The translations under genes were made by a program, and so were the position numbers. A model generated the notes under the pieces. That model was given only the letters and a program-made list of their open reading frames with translations, did not search any database and was not told the DNA's origin. A stretch of 64,000 nucleotides of DNA from an uncultured Verrucomicrobiae bacterium. GTDB lineage: Bacteria > Verrucomicrobiota > Verrucomicrobiia > Limisphaerales > Palsa-1400. The stretch covers positions 1,472,001 to 1,536,000 of the forward strand of contig OY969763.1 in assembly GCA_963702845.1 (NCBI GenBank), read 5' to 3'. Shown in pieces: positions 29,308 to 38,734 of this stretch (its first letter is position 1; each line of letters opens with the position of its first letter).

Positions 29308-30201
29308 CTATTGGGTCCGTCCATTGTTCCCATTCGAATCGTCTTCGGACATAAGGTAGGTTTCTGTCCACGCGTGATAAGAAACGAATGAAGCATGTCC
29401 ATCGGTGAAAACCACATTAGCTCCCACAAGGCCGTGACCGTCCATCGGATTGGGAGCGTTTTCGTGATACGGAGCATGTGGTTCGAGACGGTCCATGATC
29501 GTGAAAACGCGCGAAGGACCCGGCTTGACCCCGTTGAGCTTTGTCCACAAGGGATCGGTCTGCCCGGCCATTTGATAACTCTGCACGGTAGAGAGCGTTT
29601 TTCGCGGAAAGTTGCCATCACCCAAATCGTAACGGTGCCAGAAACCGAACACTTCATAGCTGTGACCAGTTGTGGAGGTCTTGTTGGCGCCCTTAGTCGC
29701 TAAGTCTTTAAGCTCAAAATAAATGTCCGAGGAATTGACAGGCCAATTCACTGCGTTGTAATTACCGGGTGTGATGCTGTTGTAAGTCGTTGGGCAGACA
29801 AAACTCTTCACATTTGGGACATAGATGCCCTTATTGCCTTTGGCATTCGGTACAACTCCGTATAACCAATTCAGATCGTCGTCTGCCATTTGACTTGAGG
29901 CGCCATCGTAATCATGGGTATTCTTTTGTCCAGGAGTGACAGAGATCATGGTTCCAGTCAGCGAACCGCGCGGAGCAACATTCCCCGTAAAGACATTGTT
30001 GCCAGTATACGAATCTTCAGCAAACAATTGCTGGCCAATCCCCATTTGCTTCAAGTTATTTAAGCAGCTGATTTGGCGTGCTTTTTCTTTGGCGCGGGCT
30101 AACGCCGGTAAAAGCATCGATGCCAAAATGGCTATGATGGCAATAACTACGAGTAACTCGATCAGGGTGAATCCAGTGGGCTTCTGGGATGGACATTTCA
30201 T
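29308..30201 (-). CDS. Prepilin-type N-terminal cleavage/methylation protein with H-X9-DG motif
   Basis: [54 protein letters not shown]. Confidence 0.93.
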   Translation of the reverse strand: MKCPSQKPTGFTLIELLVVIAIIAILASMLLPALARAKEKARQISCLNNLKQMGIGQQLFAEDSYTGNNVFTGNVAPRGSLTGTMISVTPGQKNTHDYDGASSQMADDDLNWLYGVVPNAKGNKGIYVPNVKSFVCPTTYNSITPGNYNAVNWPVNSSDIYFELKDLATKGANKTSTTGHSYEVFGFWHRYDLGDGNFPRKTLSTVQSYQMAGQTDPLWTKLNGVKPGPSRVFTIMDRLEPHAPYHENAPNPMDGHGLVGANVVFTDGHASFVSYHAWTETYLMSEDDSNGNNGRTQ

Positions 30202-30342
30202 AAGCTAAAGCTATGCGTAACCGGGCAACGGAGTGACGCTGTGCTTTGTAGTAAAATGTCACGACGGGTTGAACGCGTCAATGGATTTGTGTCCTGTGCG
30301 TTGCAATGCACACTCACTTTCGGACTTTGTCCGGTGCGTTAA

Positions 30343-31947
30343 CTAACTTTGACGGGGTGACGACACGGCGTGGCGATGCTCGATCTTTGCCGATTTGAAC
30401 CGCAACACCTGGCCGTTGCGAACGCCGGTGTGTTTGTCGTCTTGGACCGTTACCGCGCCGTTGACCAGCACCAACTTGAAACCTGTCGAATAATGGTGCG
30501 GGTCGTTGAACGTGGCGTTGTCTTTGACGGTCGCAGGGTCAAACACGGCGATATCCGCACATGCCCCGGGTTTGAGAATGCCCCTGTCGGTTAATTGAAA
30601 CGTTGTTGCGGGAAGGCTGGTCATTTTTCGGACAGCGTCTTCGAGCGCGATTACTTTTAAGTCCCGCACATAACGACCGAGGACGCGGGCATTGTTTCCG
30701 TAGCCGCGTGGATGCGGAACGCTTTCGCCAAATTTTCTGACGCCGCTGTCGGCGGCAATCATCGTGTTGGTGTGGCGCATGAAGGTTTGCAGGTCCACTT
30801 CGTCCATGCCGTGGAAAACAGCGCTGGCGCCGCCGCGCTTTTCAACGTCCAGGATCAATTCGATCTGGTTGTCGAGCGAGTCGCTGCCGAGTTTGGCTTT
30901 CGCGGCCTCGGGAACGCTCTTGCCGTTGAGCGAACGATCCGCCCGGAATGAAGCGATCACGGCGTACGTGTAATCTTTTGCACCGCGTGCTTTCAGCATG
31001 GCGTGCATTTTTTTGACGATTTCGGCTTTTTGTTTTGGATCGGCGATACGTTGTTTGAACTTGCCCCCTTCACGTGCGCCTTCGGGGATGAGTTGGCTGA
31101 GCGAAGTGCTGGAGGCGGTGTAGGCGTATTCGTCTTGAGTGATTTGCAGGCCTTCTGCGCGAGCTGACTCGATTTCTTTGAGAACTTCTTGTGCGCGATG
31201 CCAATTGGCAGGACCGGAAAGTTTAATGTGAGAAACCTCGGCGCGCATGTGCCCTTCACGTGCGATGCGAAACACTTCGGAAAGTGAATCGTCGATGTGT
31301 GAGCCTTCGTCGCGCATGTGACTCGCGTAAATTCCATCGCGTGCGCCGACCACTTTGGCGACTTCGACAATTTCATCTGTTTTAGCAAACGTGCCCGGCA
31401 AATAGATAAGGCCAGTGGACATTCCAACAGCGCCGTCGTCCATCGCTTTGGCGACGTAAGATTTCATTTTCTCAAGTTCGGCGGCAGACGGCGGTCGGTC
31501 GTACGAACCGCCCATCGCTTTGCTGCGCACTGTGCCATGGCCGACGAGACTGGCGATATTAGGTGAGAACGTTTTTCGTTCCATGTCGCTGAAGAATTTG
31601 CCGAGGTTTAACTTCGACGAACCACAGTTGCCGAGCACGAGAGAGGTGACGCCCATGCGCAGGAAATTTTCGCCGAGCGGGAGGTTCTCGATGTCTTCCG
31701 CGTGCGTGTGAACGTCGATGAAGCCGGGGGCGATGACGTTGCCAGCAACGTCGATTTCGCGTTTAGCTGTGCCGTCGACGTTGCCGACAGCGGCAATGCG
31801 ACCGTTCTTAATCGCGACGTCTCCGTGATAGGCGGGTGCGCCGGTGCCGTCGATGATTTGGCCGTTGCGAAGAATCAAATCGTAGGTTTGGCCCTGAGCG
31901 ACCAGACCGAGAGCGAACGCGAACGGAATGCAGAGAAGCTTTTTCAC
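30343..31947 (-). CDS. Secreted N-acyl-D-amino-acid deacylase (amidohydrolase)
   Basis: GTG start with signal peptide; APGFIDVHTH, GNCG, GMSTGLIY.PG, SHMRDEG, SHIK, HPRGYG, GACADIAVFD. Confidence 0.92.
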   Translation of the reverse strand: MKKLLCIPFAFALGLVAQGQTYDLILRNGQIIDGTGAPAYHGDVAIKNGRIAAVGNVDGTAKREIDVAGNVIAPGFIDVHTHAEDIENLPLGENFLRMGVTSLVLGNCGSSKLNLGKFFSDMERKTFSPNIASLVGHGTVRSKAMGGSYDRPPSAAELEKMKSYVAKAMDDGAVGMSTGLIYLPGTFAKTDEIVEVAKVVGARDGIYASHMRDEGSHIDDSLSEVFRIAREGHMRAEVSHIKLSGPANWHRAQEVLKEIESARAEGLQITQDEYAYTASSTSLSQLIPEGAREGGKFKQRIADPKQKAEIVKKMHAMLKARGAKDYTYAVIASFRADRSLNGKSVPEAAKAKLGSDSLDNQIELILDVEKRGGASAVFHGMDEVDLQTFMRHTNTMIAADSGVRKFGESVPHPRGYGNNARVLGRYVRDLKVIALEDAVRKMTSLPATTFQLTDRGILKPGACADIAVFDPATVKDNATFNDPHHYSTGFKLVLVNGAVTVQDDKHTGVRNGQVLRFKSAKIEHRHAVSSPRQS

Positions 31948-32061
31948 GCGTTGTAAGTAGCCTATACCGCTCGCGCTGGGAAGGATGTTTACCGGCAGCA
32001 GATGCCATTCGGAACAAACCGGCTTGCAATAGGCTCGTTTTCTCGTCATTGTCGCTGCCAG

Positions 32062-33426
32062 ATGTATCGAGCCCACCGGCGTTTGCAGAGCTGGCGTGGT
32101 TTATCCCGCAAGGCACGACGACTCCTGCGAATCGCCGGAGCGTTGGTTTTCCCCCTGATCGTTTCGAGCCTGCTCGCGCCACGTGTTTTTGCTGATGCTC
32201 CTGACGAACTGAAAAAAGAGGTGGACCTGCTTCGCGAACAGAACCGGCTGTTGCAGGAACAGGTCAAAGCACAACAGCAGACGATGGATCAGGTGAATCG
32301 CCGCATGTCGGACTTGGAGCGGCGGGTTCAGGAAAGTGCTTCGAACCGTGAAAGCGACGACCAGGAAAATCAGAAGAAACGGTTTGCGATCAAGAACGTG
32401 ATCATCGGTGGCGAGGGCGGGATCGCATTTTTCGCCGGGGGGCGGGATTCCCAATTTCCGCATAACGAATTTCGCATCGATGAAGCGCGGTTATTTGTTG
32501 AGAGCCCGATCATCGAGAACGTCTACTTTTATTCTGAACTCAATCTCACAACGCGCGATGCGTTTGATGAGACGTTTCATCTTGGCGAGATTTATTTGGA
32601 TTTCGAAAATCTATCGCGTTTTTGGAATCAGGATGGCCAACTGACGTTACGCTTTGGACGTTTCTACACGCCGTTTGGCGATGAGTATCAGCAGCGGTAT
32701 GCCATCGACAATCCGCTGATTTTACATTCCCTGAGTGATATCTGGGGTGTGGACGAAGGGATCGAGATTTTTGGGACATTAAAGAAGGTGAGCTATGCCC
32801 TCGCCGTACAGAATGGCGGCATCGAAATGTTGAACGATGCGACGGGTGACAAATCAGTAGCAGGACGAATCGGTTTTGATCCGACTCGCAACCTGCACTT
32901 GAGCGCGAGTGCTATGCGCACCGGCAACATCACGTCGCAAGAGTATCTTTCGGCGTTGTGGTTCGGGAATGGGTTTTTCCAACCGCTACCGGGTTCTTCG
33001 GCAACGAAGTTTCACGCGAATCTGTTCGAAGGCGATTTGGAGTATAAGTGGCAGACCGGTCACATCCGCGGTGCTGGCGGTTATGCTTACTGGGCCGACA
33101 ATGATCCGGTGCAACAGCATCATCGCGACATCTATTATTATTATGGCGAGGTGGTGCAGAACTTAACGAAACGGTTTTATGCCGCGGCGCGATTCAGTCA
33201 AATACTCGCTGTGCACGGATATCCGCTGGTCGGCAACACGCCTTTTCCGGAATATTCGGAAGACCTGACGAAGGAATTGTGGCGTCTCAGCATGGGTGTG
33301 GGCTGGCGCTATAACGAACATTTTCTCCTAAAAGCTGATTACAGCTTCGAACGAGGCCGGGAACAAAACGGCGACTCCAGGCATCATGAAGATATGTTTG
33401 GTGCAGAAGCTGCTTTTCAGTTCTGA
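32062..33426 (+). CDS. Outer-membrane beta-barrel (porin-like) protein with N-terminal coiled coil
   Basis: Signal peptide, heptad stretch ELKKEVDLLREQNRLLQEQ, amphipathic strands, terminal Phe (AEAAFQF); start uncertain. Confidence 0.75.
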   Translation: MYRAHRRLQSWRGLSRKARRLLRIAGALVFPLIVSSLLAPRVFADAPDELKKEVDLLREQNRLLQEQVKAQQQTMDQVNRRMSDLERRVQESASNRESDDQENQKKRFAIKNVIIGGEGGIAFFAGGRDSQFPHNEFRIDEARLFVESPIIENVYFYSELNLTTRDAFDETFHLGEIYLDFENLSRFWNQDGQLTLRFGRFYTPFGDEYQQRYAIDNPLILHSLSDIWGVDEGIEIFGTLKKVSYALAVQNGGIEMLNDATGDKSVAGRIGFDPTRNLHLSASAMRTGNITSQEYLSALWFGNGFFQPLPGSSATKFHANLFEGDLEYKWQTGHIRGAGGYAYWADNDPVQQHHRDIYYYYGEVVQNLTKRFYAAARFSQILAVHGYPLVGNTPFPEYSEDLTKELWRLSMGVGWRYNEHFLLKADYSFERGREQNGDSRHHEDMFGAEAAFQF

Positions 33427-33428
33427 GG

Positions 33429-34105
33429 ATGAATTTGTTCCGTGCTGTGCTGGTGTCGATGGCATTCGTTGTAAGTCTCCGGGCTGGAGATATTTCCGGC
33501 TTTGTACATGCCAAAGGAAAACTCGATGCCACCCAAGAGGCAGCTTCCTCCAATTATCAAAGCCATAAGTTTAAATTTGCCGAAAAGGTGAATTACGACG
33601 AGTTGACCGACTTTATTGTCTACATCGAAGGCAAATTCCCGAATGCCAAAGCGCCGACTGAAGTCAAACGAGTGGTCACGCAAAAGGATGCCACGTTTCA
33701 TCCCCACGTGCTGCCCGTTATGGCGGGGACCAAAGTCGAATGGCCAAACGAGGACGAGATCTTCATAACGTTTTTTCTATTTCCGAATCAAACCCGTTCG
33801 ATCTCGACCTCTATAAGAAAGGACAGACCCCGAAACCGGTCACATTTATGAAGCCGGGCAAGGTCGATGTGTTCTGTTCCATTCACGCGAAGATGTATTG
33901 CATTGTTTTGGTTTTGGATAATCCGTACTTCGCCAGCGCAGATGACAAAGGGCGTTACAAAATGTCTAACGTTCCGGCGGGCACTTACAAAATTACTGCG
34001 TGGCACGAACGTCTACCGAAACTCACACAAGAAATCACCGTTCCCGAAACTGGGATGGTCAAAATGGATTTTATGATGGGAATCAAAAATCTTCCAAAAC
34101 CCTGA
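33429..34105 (+). pseudogene. Periplasmic cupredoxin + carboxypeptidase-regulatory-like protein, frameshifted at ~33764
   Basis: FHPHVLPV..GTKVEWPNEDEIF | HNVFS...VFCSIHAKM...NPYFA; TTCATAAC lacks one C of TTC CAT AAC. Confidence 0.8.
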
Positions 34106-34108
34106 GGC

Positions 34109-36346
34109 ATGTCGCGCTTCAAACTCAATTTCCAGGCAAAGGTGCTCATCCCTGTGGTGGGTGTCCTGGTGTTGTTTTTTGTTGCGACGATGTGGCTGTT
34201 GAATTTGCGTATCGAAAGCCAGCTTCGCAACGAAGCGAGCGAATCGTTGATGAGGGCGCATGCTGTTTTTCAAAAATCCCTCCAGTTGCGCGCGCAGAAT
34301 TTACAGGCGCAGTTCAGCCCTGTGTGCAATCAGGCAAGCTTCATTTCGGTAGTAACAAAAACCGATGCGCAGACTTTGCAGGACTACTTAAGACAAATGC
34401 TCGAAACAGTCACCTCGGACGCGGAGGCCGCGATGTTTTCGGCGGAAGACGGCAAACTGGTTGCAGCAACAAATTTGCAATCGGGGATTCAGCTTAAACG
34501 ATTGCATGGCGTGTGTGTGCCGTCAATTGATCAGGTTTTGGAAGATGGCAAGACCAAGGTCGACGTGGTTCAATTTGACGACAAGTTGTTCAACGTTGTC
34601 AGTATTCCAGCGTTTGATCCCACCAAACGGCTTATGGGCATCCTGACACTCGCAGTTGATCTGGGAAAAGCTGTTTCCGAGTTCAAGCTGCATCCTCACA
34701 GTGAAATTGTTTTTATCGCAAACGACCACATCGTAGCTACAACTTTCAAAACCGCTGACCATGACGCTGCATCACTCGGCTTCTATGTTGATATGTTGGG
34801 CAAACGCGGGTCGGCTCAGGATGCACCGATTCGGAAAGCGCACTTCGTTGGTTTGGCCGATCGCTTCCCACAACTTGGCGGCCAGGGCAGCGCGGGTTAC
34901 TTGCTGCTTTCGTCGTATGACTTCAATTGGACCGAATTTGAAGAAACGCGTCATCTGCTGATTGCCGCAGGCTTGTTCGGCACGATCCTGGGAACAGTTT
35001 TGGTCTGGCTGATTGTGCGGCGCGCAACTCAGCCGTTGCGCGATTTGCGCAATAGCGCAGAGGCGGTGAGCCGCGGTGATTTTTCGCAGCACATCACGAT
35101 TTCATCGACGGACGAACTCGGGCAACTGGCGCACGCGTTCAATCACATGACCGAGAATCTTCAGCGATCGATCAGCGAGCTTGAGACAACGGTGGAAAAG
35201 TTGAAAACGGCCCAGGCGCAGTTGGTGCAAAGTGAAAAGCTTTCGGCCATCGGCGAATTTGTGGCCGGTGTTGCGCATGAATTGAACAATCCGCTGACAA
35301 GCGTCATTGGGTTCACTGAACTGCTGAAGAATTCGGATGTGACCGAGCAAACTCGCGGTTCGCTCAAGCACATCAGCTCGAGCGCCGAGCGTTGTCAGAA
35401 GATTGTCAAAAGCCTGCTGAGTTTCGCGCGCCAACATGCGCCTGAACGCCAATCGGTGAACGTGAATTCAATCGTTGATGCGGTAATCGAGATTCTCGCT
35501 TACGAACTTCGCACCAGTAATATCATCGTGACGACTGATCTTGATCAGAATTTGCCAGCCGTGATTGGCGATGCGCATCAGTTGCAACAGGTGTTCTTGA
35601 ACATGGTCAACAATGCGCGTCAGGCAATCGAGTCGCATCGAACGAGCGGCAATATTCATGTCACGAGTCACCTCGACGGCGACACCGTGCGCGTGCGGTT
35701 CCTCGACGACGGGCCGGGCATCGCTCCAGAAAATGTGAAGAAGCTCTTCACGCCGTTCTTCACGACAAAACCGGTTGGTAAAGGCACTGGACTCGGGTTG
35801 AGTGTTTCATACGGGATGATTAAAGAACACGGCGGCAACATTGTCGTCGACAGCAATCCGGGCAAGAGCACCACATTTACAATTGAATTGCCCGCCGCTA
35901 AAGGCGAAGTCGCTGTTCAAATGGACGCGCCCAAAGCGCCGGCGCAACCAGCTCCCGCTCGCGAGGGCAATGGTCGCAAAATTCTCATTGTGGACGATGA
36001 ACCTTCGATTCTCGAGCTGGTGACCATCGCGCTTCAGATGCACGGATATGAGGTGGACACTTTGTCCGATGGTAAAGCAGCTTTGGAAAAACTCGAGCGT
36101 CATCGCTACGACTTAACGGTGCTCGATTTCAAAATGCCCGGCATGGGCGGCCAGGAAGTTTACAAACACTTGTTGTGCAGCAATCCCGACGCGGCAAGGC
36201 GCGTCTTGTTTATGACCGGTGACGTGCTTGGCGAGAAAACCGAGAATTATCTCAAAGAACACGGTACTCTTTGCGTTTCGAAGCCTTTTACGCTCGATAC
36301 GTTGCGGTCGATGGTGAAGAAGTCACTGGACCAAAGCAAAAATTGA
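34109..36346 (+). CDS. Hybrid sensor histidine kinase (periplasmic sensor, HAMP, HisKA, HATPase, receiver)
   Basis: 2 TM, DELGQLAHAFNHM, QSEKLSAIG..AGVAHELNNPL, PFFTTK..GKGTGLGLS, ILIVDDE...LDFKMPGM...KPF. Confidence 0.93.
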   Translation: MSRFKLNFQAKVLIPVVGVLVLFFVATMWLLNLRIESQLRNEASESLMRAHAVFQKSLQLRAQNLQAQFSPVCNQASFISVVTKTDAQTLQDYLRQMLETVTSDAEAAMFSAEDGKLVAATNLQSGIQLKRLHGVCVPSIDQVLEDGKTKVDVVQFDDKLFNVVSIPAFDPTKRLMGILTLAVDLGKAVSEFKLHPHSEIVFIANDHIVATTFKTADHDAASLGFYVDMLGKRGSAQDAPIRKAHFVGLADRFPQLGGQGSAGYLLLSSYDFNWTEFEETRHLLIAAGLFGTILGTVLVWLIVRRATQPLRDLRNSAEAVSRGDFSQHITISSTDELGQLAHAFNHMTENLQRSISELETTVEKLKTAQAQLVQSEKLSAIGEFVAGVAHELNNPLTSVIGFTELLKNSDVTEQTRGSLKHISSSAERCQKIVKSLLSFARQHAPERQSVNVNSIVDAVIEILAYELRTSNIIVTTDLDQNLPAVIGDAHQLQQVFLNMVNNARQAIESHRTSGNIHVTSHLDGDTVRVRFLDDGPGIAPENVKKLFTPFFTTKPVGKGTGLGLSVSYGMIKEHGGNIVVDSNPGKSTTFTIELPAAKGEVAVQMDAPKAPAQPAPAREGNGRKILIVDDEPSILELVTIALQMHGYEVDTLSDGKAALEKLERHRYDLTVLDFKMPGMGGQEVYKHLLCSNPDAARRVLFMTGDVLGEKTENYLKEHGTLCVSKPFTLDTLRSMVKKSLDQSKN

Positions 36347-36364
36347 CCGCTTCGAATTGCCCAC

Positions 36365-36781
36365 CTACTTCGCTCGAAGAAGAAGCACTGGAACGCTAAT
36401 GCTGTGTTGGACGCGGCTCGCCGTTGTGCCGAGAAAAATATCGGCGATAAATCGATGCCCATGCGTGCTCATCGCGACGAGATCGCAGCCTTTGCTCCTG
36501 ATCCATTTGACGATTTCCGTAGCCGGATCGCCATAGGCTAGTTCGGATTCAACTGGGATTCCGGTGGACTGGAAGTCGATTAGGATTTTTTTGAGATAAG
36601 CGTTGTCTTCGTTGATCTCGTTGCTGACGGCGTCGGCGCCATATGTGCGAGCGGCCCAACCGTCGGCGACGTGCAGCAGAACGACCCGACTGCCGGCGAG
36701 TTTCGCCAGGACTTTTACATGCTCGATAATGGGCTTGTCCGTCGCGGTGCCTTCGAGTGTGAGAAGAATTTTGTTATACAC
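36365..36781 (-). CDS. Universal stress protein
   Basis: YNKILL, LLHVADG, GDPATEI, DLVAMSTHGH..LGTTASRV..VPVLL. Confidence 0.92.
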   Translation of the reverse strand: MYNKILLTLEGTATDKPIIEHVKVLAKLAGSRVVLLHVADGWAARTYGADAVSNEINEDNAYLKKILIDFQSTGIPVESELAYGDPATEIVKWIRSKGCDLVAMSTHGHRFIADIFLGTTASRVQHSISVPVLLLRAK

Positions 36782-36796
36782 GCACCGGCCTTTTTG

Positions 36797-38194
36797 TTAG
36801 CTGCCGAAGATGATGTGCCATGCGGATTTCAGCGACTCGGGCAAACCCCAGACGTCCATCGCGGTGATGATCAACGCACTGGTCCAACCTGCGACCAGCA
36901 GAAACCAGCCAAGTTTCCATGAACCCATCTTGCTCTGTGAACTGGTAAAATGCAAAAGCGGAAACATCGCAAACGGTAGCTGCAGCGCCAGGACGACTTG
37001 GCTCAACGTGAGCAGGTCGTTAACGCTGCTGTCACCACGAAGGCCGATGATTACTATGGCTGGCACAATAGCAGCCAGCCGGGTGATAACGCGACGCAGC
37101 CACGGTTTCATGCGCCAATGCATGAAACCTTCCATCACGACCTGGCCCGCGAGTGTGCCGGTGATCGTGCTGCTTTGGCCGCTTGCGAGCAGGGCGATGA
37201 CGAAGAGCGCGCTGGCCGCAGCCGTGCCAAGTAACGGAGCGAGCGTCAGATATGCGATACGTATCCAATCGCTATCCGCGCTGAACGTCACCGTTCCTCC
37301 GCCCGCAACTGCGACGGTGCTCTTCCCATAAAATACAAGCGCAGCCAAAATTAGAATTGCCGCGTTGACGCAAAATGCGATAGCCAGCGCCACGACAGAG
37401 TCGATGGTGTTAAAGCGAATGGCGTTACGAATCGATGCCGTGTCCTTTTGCAGTTGTCGGCTCTGCACGAGCGCTGAGTGCAGATACAAATTGTGGGGCA
37501 TCACGGTAGCGCCGATAATGCCGATCGCCACGTAGAGCATGCCGGGATGATTCAGGCGTGGATGCGCCAGGGCCGCTCCCATTTCAGCAAAATCTGGTCG
37601 AGTTTGGGGAAGGATAAAAATTTCGATGAAATAACACGCGGCGATTGTCGTAACGAGGAGAAGCACGATCGCCTCCAGTTTGCGCATTCCGAAGCCTTGT
37701 AACGCGAGAAGCAGCAGCACGTCGAGACTCGTGATTATCACCGCCCAGAGCATCGGGATGTGAAACATTAGATTCAGCGCCACCGCGCTGCCGAGAACTT
37801 CGGCGAGGTCACAAGCGGCGATCGCCAGTTCGCAAAACATCCAGTTGGGTAGGCGCGTCCAGCGCGGATACCAATCACGACACGCTTGCGCTAGGTCTTT
37901 GCCAGTCACGACGCCCAGCCGGGCCGAGGTGATCTGCATGAAAATCGCCATGATGCTGGCGAGCGCAACGACCCAGAGCAGGCCGTATTTGAACTGCGCG
38001 CCGGCTGCGAGATCGGTGCCCCAATTGCCCGGGTCCATGTAGCCGACGCTGACAAGAATCGCAGGACCGACGAAAGCCCGCCACTGCTTCCAAAAGCTCG
38101 CCTGATGATGTGGAACGGGAACAGTGCTGTGCATGCCCTCGAGTGAGCGATGCCCAGTGTCTGTAACATTTTGGCCTTCCGCCGAATCTGCCAT
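36797..38194 (-). CDS. mntH: Nramp-family Mn2+/H+ symporter
   Basis: GYMDPGNW, CDLAEVLG, GATVMPHNLYLHS, GQSSTITGTLAGQVVMEG, SQVVLALQLP. Confidence 0.95.
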   Translation of the reverse strand: MADSAEGQNVTDTGHRSLEGMHSTVPVPHHQASFWKQWRAFVGPAILVSVGYMDPGNWGTDLAAGAQFKYGLLWVVALASIMAIFMQITSARLGVVTGKDLAQACRDWYPRWTRLPNWMFCELAIAACDLAEVLGSAVALNLMFHIPMLWAVIITSLDVLLLLALQGFGMRKLEAIVLLLVTTIAACYFIEIFILPQTRPDFAEMGAALAHPRLNHPGMLYVAIGIIGATVMPHNLYLHSALVQSRQLQKDTASIRNAIRFNTIDSVVALAIAFCVNAAILILAALVFYGKSTVAVAGGGTVTFSADSDWIRIAYLTLAPLLGTAAASALFVIALLASGQSSTITGTLAGQVVMEGFMHWRMKPWLRRVITRLAAIVPAIVIIGLRGDSSVNDLLTLSQVVLALQLPFAMFPLLHFTSSQSKMGSWKLGWFLLVAGWTSALIITAMDVWGLPESLKSAWHIIFGS

Positions 38195-38256
38195 TGTAGC
38201 TTTAGATACAATTTGAAGTGTAGAATGTCAAACCATTTGTAGCATAGGTTACAAAT
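38193..38256. promoter_or_regulatory. Two candidate MntR operators flanking the mntH sigma70 promoter
   Basis: ATTGTAGC-TTTA-GATACAAT (38193-38212) and ATTTGTAGC-ATAG-GTTACAAAT (38235-38256); on - strand TTGACA(38231-38226)-N17-TATCTA(38208-38203). Confidence 0.75.
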
Positions 38257-38299
38257 TCGACTCTCGACTACAGCTTTGGTTGTGCTAAAAATAATCATC

Positions 38300-38734
38300 A
38301 TGGCACGAGCCAAACAAAAACCTGTTTTGCCGGAGGCAGAGAAATTTCGCCGTTTGCGACGCGATCATTCCGTGGAGATTGCCCAGGATTACGTGGAAGC
38401 GATCGCTGATCTGGTTGCCGAAACCGGGGAGGCGCGTGTGGTAGATTTATCCAAACGTCTCGGGGTAACTCACGTTACGGTGAATCGCACCGTCATGCGA
38501 CTGCAGAAGGCCGGCTTCGTCAGGTCGCAGCCTTATCGCGCGATTTTCCTCACAGACAAGGGGCGAAATCTTGCTGAAATTTGCAAGAGCCGACACGAAA
38601 CAGTGGTGGCATTTCTTCGTTCACTCGGCATTCCGCAACGCGTTGCTGAAATGGATGCTGAAGGAATCGAGCATCACGTCAGTGAGGATACGTTGGCAGC
38701 TTTCAGATCTGTGCTCCGCAGAACCCGAGGTTAA
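38300..38734 (+). CDS. mntR: Manganese-binding DtxR-family repressor MntR
   Basis: DYVEAIADL..GEARVVDL..RLGV, PYRAIFLT, RHETV, DAEGIEHHVS; divergent from mntH. Confidence 0.93.
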   Translation: MARAKQKPVLPEAEKFRRLRRDHSVEIAQDYVEAIADLVAETGEARVVDLSKRLGVTHVTVNRTVMRLQKAGFVRSQPYRAIFLTDKGRNLAEICKSRHETVVAFLRSLGIPQRVAEMDAEGIEHHVSEDTLAAFRSVLRRTRG

